Positions 1 to 8,580 of a stretch of DNA of 32,000 nucleotides are shown here, piece by piece. A program made the translations under genes and the position numbers. Source of the DNA: Candidatus Heimdallarchaeota archaeon B3_Heim (GTDB lineage Archaea > Asgardarchaeota > Heimdallarchaeia > Hodarchaeales > Hodarchaeaceae). Position 1 is the first letter of the stretch, and each line of letters starts with the position of its first letter. Below the pieces are notes generated by a model. That model was given only the letters and a program-made list of their open reading frames with translations, was not told the origin of the DNA and did not search any database. The DNA is taken from contig NJBF01000004.1 of assembly GCA_003144275.1 (NCBI GenBank), forward strand, positions 94,559 through 126,558, in the 5' to 3' direction.

Positions 1-1329
1 TTGAACACCGAGCTTCACCCCTCAGAACGTTATAGTAATGAGGCAGAAATTCTCCATATTGATATTTTAGCAGCAGGCAACATGGACACAGTCGCTCACG
101 AATTTCAACATCTTATTCATTTTGGTCATGATGATGATGAAGAAACTTGGTTCGAAGAAGGAGCATCAATGTTTGCAGAGTATTTAATTGGCGGTGATGC
201 CTTTAGTGGTGGAGTTGGTACAGATTTTCAAGATAATCCTGATGTTTCATTAACTTATTGGGATCTAGGAGGTTCCTCGGTTCTAGCTAATTATGGTGCA
301 TCCTACACATTCTTCTTATATTTAGCTGAACAATATGGGGGTAATCTCATTATCAAAGATTTAGTTGAACGATCAGTAAATGGAATTACAAGTATAGAAA
401 ATTCTCTGATCCAGAGTGGATATGATGTCCCATTCGTAGAAGTATTCCGCAATTGGACAATTGCTAACTTCTTAGATGATACTTCATTTGCAGATGGGGC
501 TTATGGGTATTACAATGATAGTGTATTAGTCAACACCGAATATACATATGTAATGTCGCCGCTACCTCGTACTGAGAATTCTGTTCCGTTTTGGGGAACG
601 GATTACTTGAAGTTCAGTTATCCCAGTGAACTACCTTTTACATTTGAGTTTCAAAGTGAATCTTCTGATGGTTTTCTAGTTAGTATAATCATGAAAAACA
701 CAACTACAATTCCACTGAATACAGAGGTCATTCCGATTATGATCACTCCTGATGGCTTCGGAAACTTTTCTACATCAGAACTAAACATCACAGCCGACGA
801 AATATATGTTGTCGTGAGTGCCTATACTGAGGCCGGAACTCCTGACCACGACGATGAGAATCCTGCACCTGCACAAGAATATTGGTTCATTGTTAATCCA
901 GAAGGAATCTACATAGCCCCAGGTACTCTCATCTATTTAGATAATATCCTCAATCTAAGTAATATTACCGTGGTTGATTCCCACGGCTTTGTGTGGGTGG
1001 TTGCTGATGGTGCCACCTACGAAATATTATCCTCAACTGGTGAAACAACTGGTATTACAGGTACCTTCGTCTATGATTCAGAGAACCAAAGTTGGCAAGC
1101 GCTCAATATCGATCTTGGAACGCTTTCACAAGACGAATATAAGGTTAAATATATGTTTTATAATACCACATCAACTGGAATCACTTATTCAGAAATATTT
1201 ACCACCATTATCTCGACGACACAGACCACATCGGCCTCTAACTCCACAAATACAATAATTCCAGGATTTCTTGCAGTCTTCTTAATCATTACAATGGGAG
1301 CATTTACCCGTTCACGGAAACGGAAATAA
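1..1329 (+). CDS. Cell-surface zinc metallopeptidase (HExxH; M30/MA-like), 5'-truncated by the window, with a C-terminal PGF-type sorting signal
   Basis: HEFQHLIH zinc motif followed by WFEEGASMFAE. C-terminus is a Thr/Ser-rich linker, then IPGF, a hydrophobic helix and the basic tail RSRKRK. Confidence 0.75.
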   Translation: MNTELHPSERYSNEAEILHIDILAAGNMDTVAHEFQHLIHFGHDDDEETWFEEGASMFAEYLIGGDAFSGGVGTDFQDNPDVSLTYWDLGGSSVLANYGASYTFFLYLAEQYGGNLIIKDLVERSVNGITSIENSLIQSGYDVPFVEVFRNWTIANFLDDTSFADGAYGYYNDSVLVNTEYTYVMSPLPRTENSVPFWGTDYLKFSYPSELPFTFEFQSESSDGFLVSIIMKNTTTIPLNTEVIPIMITPDGFGNFSTSELNITADEIYVVVSAYTEAGTPDHDDENPAPAQEYWFIVNPEGIYIAPGTLIYLDNILNLSNITVVDSHGFVWVVADGATYEILSSTGETTGITGTFVYDSENQSWQALNIDLGTLSQDEYKVKYMFYNTTSTGITYSEIFTTIISTTQTTSASNSTNTIIPGFLAVFLIITMGAFTRSRKRK

Positions 1330-1354
1330 GACTCTCCAATAATACTGCCTCTTA

Positions 1355-3025
1355 TTATTTTTCAAAAATAAGAATACTTTGATGAACAACGCTTGGGATA
1401 TAAGAATAAGGATAGCCAAAAATGTGGAGGGCCTTATCGGGTGCATACCACACAATTTCCTCACGAAAATGATAACCAAGTGACACTAGGATTTCTGCAA
1501 GTGACGAAGCAAGGAGTAAAAATCGACCAACCTTAATTGATCTTCCCTCTTGTTGTTCTGTCAATGTTCGATACATATTACCGATAAATACGGCTAAAAT
1601 TCTTCCATTAGCGAGCTTGCTAAAGCAATCCCTGAAGACATTCTGAACCAGATCGCGCCATTCCTGGATTGTAAGGATTGTAGCTTGATCAAACTGTTTA
1701 AGAGAGGAATGAAGCTTTTCTTTTGACTCCTCCCCCGCTTTGGAAAATCGACCACGAGTTTTCCTCAATTTGTCCATTGCCCAGTATGGAACATCTGTCA
1801 TTATCATCCCTATACTTTCATCCTCAATAATCTCATTTACGATGTGAGTTGAGTCTCCGACCACGTATGTTTGTTCTGGTAATTGCATACGTCGACACAC
1901 TTCATAGTATACCTCTTGCCATTGAGTATTGATATCAATACCAATCGCTTTCCGACGAGCAAGTGAAGCACCCAATAAAGAACCTCCAACACCCACAAAT
2001 GGATCAAGAATGAGGTCAGTTTGGTTTGGGGAATAACGACGGATTAAATACTCGATTAATTCAGGTGGTTTCATTCCACCATGTTGACCACGCAATTTAT
2101 GCTCAAAAGAAGGAGGAAAACTTCTGTGCAACATGAAAGTAGGCCCAATGGGGAGCTGCGATTGATCAGTAAAATCAAGCGCCTGAGAAGGATTCGATAT
2201 AAATGACTCTTTACGCAATACTAGGAATCGTCTTTGAGGAGGTATGACTGTTATTTCTTCTTTAGAATTTGAAGGTTCAAACCAGAATCGCTCGGCTTTT
2301 AAAATTAGCCCTAACGAGTTCAGTTGAGTCGTCATTAATTTTGTTAAGGCAAAGTTCCATTCTTGAGATCTTTTTTCGTCATTAGTTGTAATTTGATTAT
2401 AGAAAGGAATTGCTAAGACCATATACCCATTTTCTATCAACTTTGAGGCAGTATTTCTGATTTTATTAGTAACCTCCCTTACCCACCCATTTATTGCGGC
2501 AGTAAATTGGGATTCTGTTAACTGGTTTTCCTTTATACTTTGATTGAGCATATCTGTTAAAACAAAATTGATGGAATTATCAGCGACTTGGGTAAGCTCA
2601 GAAAATGGTTCATATGTTATTTTACCTAAATTAGTGATCTTTAAATAATCCACTACCTTCCTGAATTTATCTAAGTTAACTGGATCACTATCTAAACCAA
2701 TTATTGATCGGTCAGATGATTCAAATTTCATATTAGTATAATAACCAGCTAATAATGTACTTCCAAGTCCTGCGAGGGGATCAAGAATGATACCATCAGG
2801 TTTAGTAAATGTTTCAATGAATTCTTGACTTAAATCGATTGGAAGTGAATGTAAACCGCGACTATTAGTGGGGGGAGGAAAACGAGAGGGGAAAACTTTT
2901 GGAATAATGGTTTTAGTCGAAAATAACCACTCTTTCCCTGTGAAATCATTGAGGGCATTTCTTCTATCATATACCCCACGCTCTAAACGATCTTCCTGAT
3001 AGTCTTTCAACGGTTTTTGTGGCAT
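1355..3025 (-). CDS. Tandem two-domain DNA N4-C/N6-A methyltransferase-like protein; first domain appears degenerate
   Basis: Two SAM-binding motif I copies (ILDPLAGLGS, ILDPFVGVGG). Motif IV-like sequence is TDVPYW in the second half but TDML in the first. N-terminal NALNDFTGKEW resembles this MTase family. Confidence 0.7.
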   Translation of the reverse strand: MPQKPLKDYQEDRLERGVYDRRNALNDFTGKEWLFSTKTIIPKVFPSRFPPPTNSRGLHSLPIDLSQEFIETFTKPDGIILDPLAGLGSTLLAGYYTNMKFESSDRSIIGLDSDPVNLDKFRKVVDYLKITNLGKITYEPFSELTQVADNSINFVLTDMLNQSIKENQLTESQFTAAINGWVREVTNKIRNTASKLIENGYMVLAIPFYNQITTNDEKRSQEWNFALTKLMTTQLNSLGLILKAERFWFEPSNSKEEITVIPPQRRFLVLRKESFISNPSQALDFTDQSQLPIGPTFMLHRSFPPSFEHKLRGQHGGMKPPELIEYLIRRYSPNQTDLILDPFVGVGGSLLGASLARRKAIGIDINTQWQEVYYEVCRRMQLPEQTYVVGDSTHIVNEIIEDESIGMIMTDVPYWAMDKLRKTRGRFSKAGEESKEKLHSSLKQFDQATILTIQEWRDLVQNVFRDCFSKLANGRILAVFIGNMYRTLTEQQEGRSIKVGRFLLLASSLAEILVSLGYHFREEIVWYAPDKALHIFGYPYSYIPSVVHQSILIFEK

Positions 3026-3055
3026 CTCCTTAAACGCCTAGCATTTATAATTTCA

Positions 3056-3355
3056 TTATATTGATAAAAGCACCCACAATATAACAGGGAGGCCAAACAT
3101 TAGTAATAGCCCAATGTAACCTGCTAATCGAATACGTACCACTCGTGTTTGGCATGGTTTACAATAATATTTCTGAATGAAATCACGTTTCTGCCCAATA
3201 AACTGCGAAAAAAAGTTCTCGTGCCAATCCTCTACAATGCAATCAGTACAAAAGAATTTATGACATCTCTCACATTCTTTCGTGTCATAACTCTTTGAAT
3301 GATTGACACACACTGATCCCTGTTTCCGTGAGATTTGTCTTTTTGTGTTACCCAT
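3056..3355 (-). CDS. B-box-like zinc-finger protein with C-terminal transmembrane helix
   Basis: CxxH...CxxC...CxxC plus a later CxxC; hydrophobic C-terminus GYIGLLLMFGLPVILWVLL. ATG at 3355 preferred over TTG at 3373. Confidence 0.65.
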   Translation of the reverse strand: MGNTKRQISRKQGSVCVNHSKSYDTKECERCHKFFCTDCIVEDWHENFFSQFIGQKRDFIQKYYCKPCQTRVVRIRLAGYIGLLLMFGLPVILWVLLSI

Positions 3356-3525
3356 GATTCTTTCACAATTCAAGTTTTAAGGGGTAGTAATGGTTAAAAA
3401 AATACCTTAATTTTGAGTATTTATCATTAAAGATCAATCTTACCATATGAGTATTTTCCGTCCCAATGTTTTGAATTTTTACCAAAATAATAATATATTA
3501 AATCTGTTCACTTTTTATTTATAAG

Positions 3526-4734
3526 ATGATATCTATGATCTGCCGTCTAGCCACGAATGATGACAAAGAAGCAATTAGGAAAATTAGAGTCTATGCATTC
3601 GAGGGAAGAAAAAATCAATATGACCCTCCAAAAGTAGCTGGTACAAAGCCTTTAGTGGTTTATCCATTAATAGATTATGTCGTAGAAGAGGATAATACGA
3701 TTACAGCGGCCATAGGTGTAATAGATTTTAGTCAGCGTATTCGAGGAGTATGGGTAAGAATGGCAGGCATTTCAGCTGTCGCATGCAAACCAGAATATCG
3801 AAGGAAACATCATATCACTAAATTACTCGAATTCTTATTTAAAGATCTTGACAAGAAAGAATACCTTGTCTCTTCTCTCTACCCCTTCTCTTATGAATTT
3901 TATGAAAGGGTAGGGTATGCGCATGTAGATTCCCTAGAAGTATATACCGTTCGATGTTCTGATATAAACCAAAAACCCACTCCAAACCGTCGGATAGAGG
4001 AAGATTATGATTCCGAGTTTGCACGATGTCAACCCCTGTACCAAAAAATGACGGCAAAAATTGATGGATTAGTAAAACGTCCTTCGAATATTTGGAAAGA
4101 TTTGTTAGGATGGAGATGGTATGAAAACGGGTTTCAATTTATTTGCCAAGATCTTGAAGGGAATGATCTAGGATATATTATCATTCGATTTGAGCAAAAA
4201 AGTCACCAAAACAAATTTCCTTTTATTGAAGTAAAAGAAATGGTCAGTTTTGACCCTGAAACGAAGCAAGCGTTACTAAACTTTCTAGCAAATCATGATT
4301 CGCAACGAAAACATATACAATTTGCTCCACTCGATTCAAACTACCTGCTCTTTATGAAGAATCCTGATATTAAAGAAAAACGGTCAAAGACCAATTCGAT
4401 GTTTAGGATACTAAATATTGAGAAACTTCTCCCTAAACTAAATTTCCCAGCAGATATTGCAGAAGAAGTGTGTTTCACGATTTCGGATCCCAATTGCTCT
4501 TGGAATAATAAAACATTCGAATTACATATAATTAAAGGCAAGGGTCAAGTAATGATTAGCCAAAACGATTCTAATCTTCTATTGACCATTAATTCATTAA
4601 GCCAAATCATTTTTGGGTTTTATTCAGTCGCAGAATTGGCAGAAGTAGGAAAAATAACTGGTTCTCCTACTGAGATTAATAAATTATCATACATATTCCC
4701 AAAACAGTCAGCTACTCTTCGTGATTATTTCTAA
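3526..4734 (+). CDS. eis: Eis-family GNAT acetyltransferase with SCP2-like C-terminal domain
   Basis: GISAVACKPEYRRKH acetyl-CoA motif, LYPFSYEFYERVGY, C-terminal CPWN-like (CSWNNKTF) region, 402 aa. Confidence 0.85.
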   Translation: MISMICRLATNDDKEAIRKIRVYAFEGRKNQYDPPKVAGTKPLVVYPLIDYVVEEDNTITAAIGVIDFSQRIRGVWVRMAGISAVACKPEYRRKHHITKLLEFLFKDLDKKEYLVSSLYPFSYEFYERVGYAHVDSLEVYTVRCSDINQKPTPNRRIEEDYDSEFARCQPLYQKMTAKIDGLVKRPSNIWKDLLGWRWYENGFQFICQDLEGNDLGYIIIRFEQKSHQNKFPFIEVKEMVSFDPETKQALLNFLANHDSQRKHIQFAPLDSNYLLFMKNPDIKEKRSKTNSMFRILNIEKLLPKLNFPADIAEEVCFTISDPNCSWNNKTFELHIIKGKGQVMISQNDSNLLLTINSLSQIIFGFYSVAELAEVGKITGSPTEINKLSYIFPKQSATLRDYF

Positions 4735-4925
4735 TCGTCTTTTACTCATCTTTCAGTATGTTTTAGAATTACCAGACTCCGTAGACAACCAACTATAAGC
4801 ACTACTGATTGTATATACAAATTGAACCTTTTAATAGCGATTTATCCTAGTCACTGTTCCGTCATTTATACCTTTAAATAGATCTATGCCCTGAAGTATA
4901 TCAGAAGATTGATTTTATTAGAGTT

Positions 4926-5201
4926 GTGAATTGGATGATGGAAAATATAACGTTAGAAATGGCTGAAGCAAAATTAATAACATCTCTAAGTAATTTAGTT
5001 TGGATACTCCCATGTTTAATGATATTAGAGAATATTATATCTATTGGTTTCTTACAGAACGATACCTGGAGTTCCAAGGGGACAATGTCAATTTTAACAA
5101 CCGTTTTATGGGTTGTTGTAATCTTCAAAGTCATCAATGTTGTAGAACGTCAACTCAATGCTGAACGAGAACTCCGAATTAAAAGGTACAAGTCTAGGTA
5201 A
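4926..5201 (+). CDS. Small membrane protein, two predicted TM helices
   Basis: 91-aa ORF filling the intergenic gap, with two hydrophobic segments and a charged tail. Confidence 0.45.
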   Translation: MNWMMENITLEMAEAKLITSLSNLVWILPCLMILENIISIGFLQNDTWSSKGTMSILTTVLWVVVIFKVINVVERQLNAERELRIKRYKSR

Positions 5202-5211
5202 TACGATTAAA

Positions 5212-6474
5212 TTACTCTGGCTTACTAAACGAATATTGACGATCAAAATCTCCCGAGAGAATCTCATCATGAGCTAGGCGACCGATTTCGGAGTGAACTT
5301 GGGGAAAAAGGGGAACAGGCTTTTCTGATGACCAGGGTGTACCAGGTAGTGGCATGAAATAATGTAACCGAACGCGGGCTTTTCTTCCAAGGTCGCGCAT
5401 CACTTCAAGCGTATCCCATTGATCTTGCTCAGTTTCTGAAGGAGTTCCGAGAATGAAATCAAAGACAGGCGTATAGCCCTGAGAAGTTAGCAGATCGTAC
5501 GCACGCATTCCTGCGTCTACGGTGTGTCCACGACGCATATCATGAAGGATTTTATCAGAACCACTTTGAAATCCAACTGAAATTTGAGTATTATCGACCG
5601 AGGAAAAGATAGAAACAATATCTTCTGTGATATATTCGGGTCTAACTTCAGAGGGAAAGGTTCCTAAAAATAACCGAACATCATACTGACGAATCTGCTG
5701 AACTAATTCCTTGAGTATGGGGATATTCGGGATCCCTCGTTTTTTCTCCATGTAACCTAATGAATTTGGTGCAATAAATCGTATATCCACCTGTTTTTTC
5801 AATGGATGAAAATACTCGTAATAATGCTCAATTATCTTTAAGATGGCATCTATAGATCGAAACTTTGGATTTCCATACATATATGGTACTTGACAGAAAC
5901 GACAACGAAACGCACAACCACGCATGATTTCAATGGGTGGGTGAAGAGGAAAAGGTTCATGAACCGAATAAGGACAATAATGATTAAGATCAATACGTGG
6001 ACGTGCGGAAGTTTGTACCAAATCATCATTTGTATCCAGATACCCAATACCTGGAATGGTAAGTGGATGATGGAGAGAAAAATGTTGTTTACTTAACGAG
6101 TGTATGAGTTCAGGAAAAGTTACCTCTCCTTCACCAATTACAACGAAATTTGCACCCATTTTCAGAATCTCAAGGGGGTTTCCTGAAGCATGAGGGCCTC
6201 CGATAACTGAGATCACTTCTGTAGAGGAAAAATTGTCATTTAAACTCTTTAATCGAGTTTTCAACTCTGAAAGAGTCATATTTCGTGAAGATTCTCCATA
6301 AATTACCCTATATCCCTTGGAAGTCCAATTTTCAATCGTTTTAGTAACTTCCCCCTTGATAACTTCAAATGGAATATTATGCTGAGAAAGACTTGCTGAT
6401 ATTGCTCCAAAAGCATACCAAGTGATTTTATCCCAATAAAGTAAAACGACATACTTATTGACATCTTTTAACAT
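5212..6474 (-). CDS. B12-binding-domain radical SAM protein (TIGR04013 / MJ1487-like)
   Basis: IGGPHASG...VVIGEGE B12-binding-like N-domain; RGCAFRCRFC CxxxCxxC motif; IRFIAPN; GTFPSEVRPE. Confidence 0.85.
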   Translation of the reverse strand: MLKDVNKYVVLLYWDKITWYAFGAISASLSQHNIPFEVIKGEVTKTIENWTSKGYRVIYGESSRNMTLSELKTRLKSLNDNFSSTEVISVIGGPHASGNPLEILKMGANFVVIGEGEVTFPELIHSLSKQHFSLHHPLTIPGIGYLDTNDDLVQTSARPRIDLNHYCPYSVHEPFPLHPPIEIMRGCAFRCRFCQVPYMYGNPKFRSIDAILKIIEHYYEYFHPLKKQVDIRFIAPNSLGYMEKKRGIPNIPILKELVQQIRQYDVRLFLGTFPSEVRPEYITEDIVSIFSSVDNTQISVGFQSGSDKILHDMRRGHTVDAGMRAYDLLTSQGYTPVFDFILGTPSETEQDQWDTLEVMRDLGRKARVRLHYFMPLPGTPWSSEKPVPLFPQVHSEIGRLAHDEILSGDFDRQYSFSKPE

Positions 6475-6554
6475 AGAAAAAAGCCCTTGTATAAATATAA
6501 TTAAAGAAAAGTAAGGAATCCCTTGGCCGTGATTCGAACACGGGACAACTCGGT

Positions 6555-6607
6555 GACTACCCTGACTAACAACCTCATCATCGATTACTCAAAGGTGTGA
6601 CTTTTGC
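6555..6607 (-). other. tRNA intron 2, canonical position 37/38, 53 nt
   Basis: C32-U33-G34-U35 pairs with intron GUAG (6560-6557); bulges AG|G and UC|A38 give a BHB. Removal restores a 7-nt anticodon loop. Confidence 0.88.
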
Positions 6608-6623
6608 CTACAGCCGAGGGCTC

Positions 6624-6652
6624 ATTAGACTAGGGCTCTACACGAGCCATAG
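6624..6652 (-). other. tRNA intron 1, non-canonical D-loop position (~21/22), ~29 nt
   Basis: Removal restores D loop AGCCTGGAAA-GAGC. Central helix TGGA/TCTA with 3-nt bulges AA|C and AT|G; internal hairpin GGCTC/GAGCC. The BHB is relaxed, so junctions may shift by 1-2 nt. Confidence 0.75.
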
Positions 6653-6981
6653 TTTCCAGGCTGAGCTACCAAGGGAAAGGATTCATCTAGTGATTTTAAG
6701 ATCTGGTTCTGATAAGGATATTTCTCCTATTTTCCAAATCTCACCATGAGACACGATAAAAGAATATTTTATATTCATTCTGTAGTTATCAAATTTAATT
6801 TTTTAGGTTTGAATCTCTTAGCATTGTCGGATATAAACGAGAACTCCACCTATAATGTTTCCAGGGATCTTTTCCGGATTAATATCTGTTGATAAAGGAC
6901 TGTTTCATAATGAGAACTTGATTCTTGGGTGTATAAAAATAATTAAAACTATTAACTATAACCTTCTATTCTAATTAAGAG

Positions 6982-7839
6982 TTGAAACTAGAACTGAAAC
7001 ATATTTATGCTGAGAGAGACACCTGGAGAAGGGTGTATCATGATCTTAGCCAAAAAGGATATACACATAAAAAACTTAAAGAAACATTTGGCACGACTTT
7101 ATATCACCAACGATTTGTTGGTTATGGGTTGACTAAGGAGAAGTTTGCTAAATTACAAGAAATTCTTGAGTATCAGATACCGACAATTCCAAATCCACAT
7201 GGGATCAAACCTAAATTCCTTGAAAAAAATGAAAAATTAGCTGAACTGATTGGAATAATCCTTGGAGATGGTGGAATGTCGAAAAACTCAATTGTTATTT
7301 CGATACATTCGGAAAATAAAGAATACATAAGAAAGGTAACAATTCTAATTAATGATGTATTTTCCTATGCGCCAAAATACCATAAGCGGAAAAATAAGAA
7401 TGTCATCGATGTGAAAGTCCACTCGCAAGGAATTGTGCTTTCATTATTAAATCTAGGTTTAGATACAGGAAATAAGGTGAAAAAACAAGTAAATATCCCT
7501 AAATGGATTAAAAAAAATGATTCTTTTTTTATTGCTTGTGTAAGAGGATTAATTGATACGGATGGATATATTGGAAAATATGTAAAGAAAAGAGGTAAAT
7601 ATACTTGGTTTCAATATCATGTTGGTTTTGATAATTATTCTCTTAACTTGCTTAGCGATTTCGTTGAATTTTGCAATCGTTTCGATATCCCAGTATCACG
7701 CACTAGTAAGTACAAAGTAATCATTGGAAGTAGGAGAGGAGTATTAAGAATCTTGAAGATTACACAGCCTTTCAAACTAAAAAACATAAAGTTTGACCTC
7801 AATGAATTGGGAAAACACTTGGCCAATATTCCTTCATGA
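6982..7839 (+). CDS. Free-standing two-motif LAGLIDADG (DOD-type) endonuclease with ~80-aa N-terminal extension
   Basis: LAELIGIILGDGG (D96) and CVRGLIDTDGY (D194), ~100 aa apart. Block D-like KKQVNIPKWI and block H-like LLSDFVEFCNRFDIP are present; no Hint splicing motifs. Lys-rich and AT-rich. Confidence 0.85.
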   Translation: MKLELKHIYAERDTWRRVYHDLSQKGYTHKKLKETFGTTLYHQRFVGYGLTKEKFAKLQEILEYQIPTIPNPHGIKPKFLEKNEKLAELIGIILGDGGMSKNSIVISIHSENKEYIRKVTILINDVFSYAPKYHKRKNKNVIDVKVHSQGIVLSLLNLGLDTGNKVKKQVNIPKWIKKNDSFFIACVRGLIDTDGYIGKYVKKRGKYTWFQYHVGFDNYSLNLLSDFVEFCNRFDIPVSRTSKYKVIIGSRRGVLRILKITQPFKLKNIKFDLNELGKHLANIPS

Positions 7840-7885
7840 ACTAAATAGCTACTCATCTTGTGTTTGCATTTCTAATATTGTTTTA

Positions 7886-7944
7886 AGGGTTCATTAGACT
7901 ATGATTCTACTCAAGCCACAGCTTTCAGGTTGAGCTACCAAGGG
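7886..7944 (-). pseudogene. Degenerate copy of the tRNA-Tyr 5' part (position 1 to ~29, including the D-loop intron); direct repeat of 6617-6675
   Basis: Ungapped hand alignment gives 49/59 identity, 8 of 10 differences being transitions. G19, G15 and one D-stem pair are lost; no anticodon arm or 3' half follows. Confidence 0.85.
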
Positions 7945-8047
7945 GAAAGCACGAATTACTAGTCAAACAGGCGGCAGAATGAATCTATATAGAGATTCAC
8001 ATGACCTCAGAGGTAGAAAAGAATGAAAATTCTATCTTGAGAAGCAG

Positions 8048-8452
8048 TTATTCTTGAGAAGTTTGGGCTTCCAAGAGGATTTCTATTTTATCGAGACGCT
8101 TGTTGATTTTTTGTAAGGAAGTCATAATCAGTTGAAGACGTCGATCGACAGCAGAAGCGTCACCTGTTGTTTCGAATTCTTGGGGTACAAGCGATTTGCC
8201 TTCGGCTAATCCCGCATTTTTGTATAGTTCCCCTGCAACTTGAGCTAGTAATGCTTTTGGTACTTGATGCTCGATGTCTGCTTCTTTACAGGCTAATTTC
8301 AGACCAGTTTCAACGACCGCCTCTGATAAGTGCTCGCCTAAGTCAACAGAAGTAGCTACATCGCCACGAAATATAAGTTCAACGACAGGATTCCCTTCTC
8401 TTTTTGTTAAACGGGCTTTAAAGGCCATTCCTGGAATATTTGCTTCGGGCAT
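8048..8452 (-). CDS. Hypothetical protein with C-terminal coiled coil
   Basis: 134-aa ORF with ATG start; heptad tail LQLIMTSLQKINKRLDKIEILLE. Confidence 0.7.
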   Translation of the reverse strand: MPEANIPGMAFKARLTKREGNPVVELIFRGDVATSVDLGEHLSEAVVETGLKLACKEADIEHQVPKALLAQVAGELYKNAGLAEGKSLVPQEFETTGDASAVDRRLQLIMTSLQKINKRLDKIEILLEAQTSQE

Positions 8453-8580
8453 TAGATTTTTCCTCGTAAAAGTGTATTCAATAGTTTAGAATAATAGGTG
8501 AATCGGAAAGTGATATACACTTTCTAGTAATTCAATGCGCATTAATAATCATATGTAAATTCAGATGTGGGAATGGAAGT

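Larger units (their letters stand above)
6519..6675 (-). tRNA. trnY: tRNA-Tyr(GTA) with two introns; 75-nt mature form, CCA not encoded
   Basis: Acceptor stem CCCTTGG/CCAAGGG with discriminator A (archaeal Tyr C1:G72, A73). D stem GCTC/GAGC, anticodon stem CTCGG/CCGAG around CT-GTA-G/A, T arm CCGTG-TTCGAAT-CACGG, G15-C48 pair. Confidence 0.93.

Noticed and set aside
6590-6606. GTCACACC in the tRNA intron matches a conserved 16S rRNA segment
   Set aside because: It is the same sense as rRNA, so it cannot guide, and an 8-nt match is expected by chance.
6982-7839. LAGLIDADG as an intein or intron-encoded ORF, or as WhiA
   Set aside because: No Cys/Ser start or His-Asn end and no host ORF. It is antisense to the tRNA and outside both introns. 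It lacks the WhiA C-terminal HTH, and both acidic catalytic residues are present.
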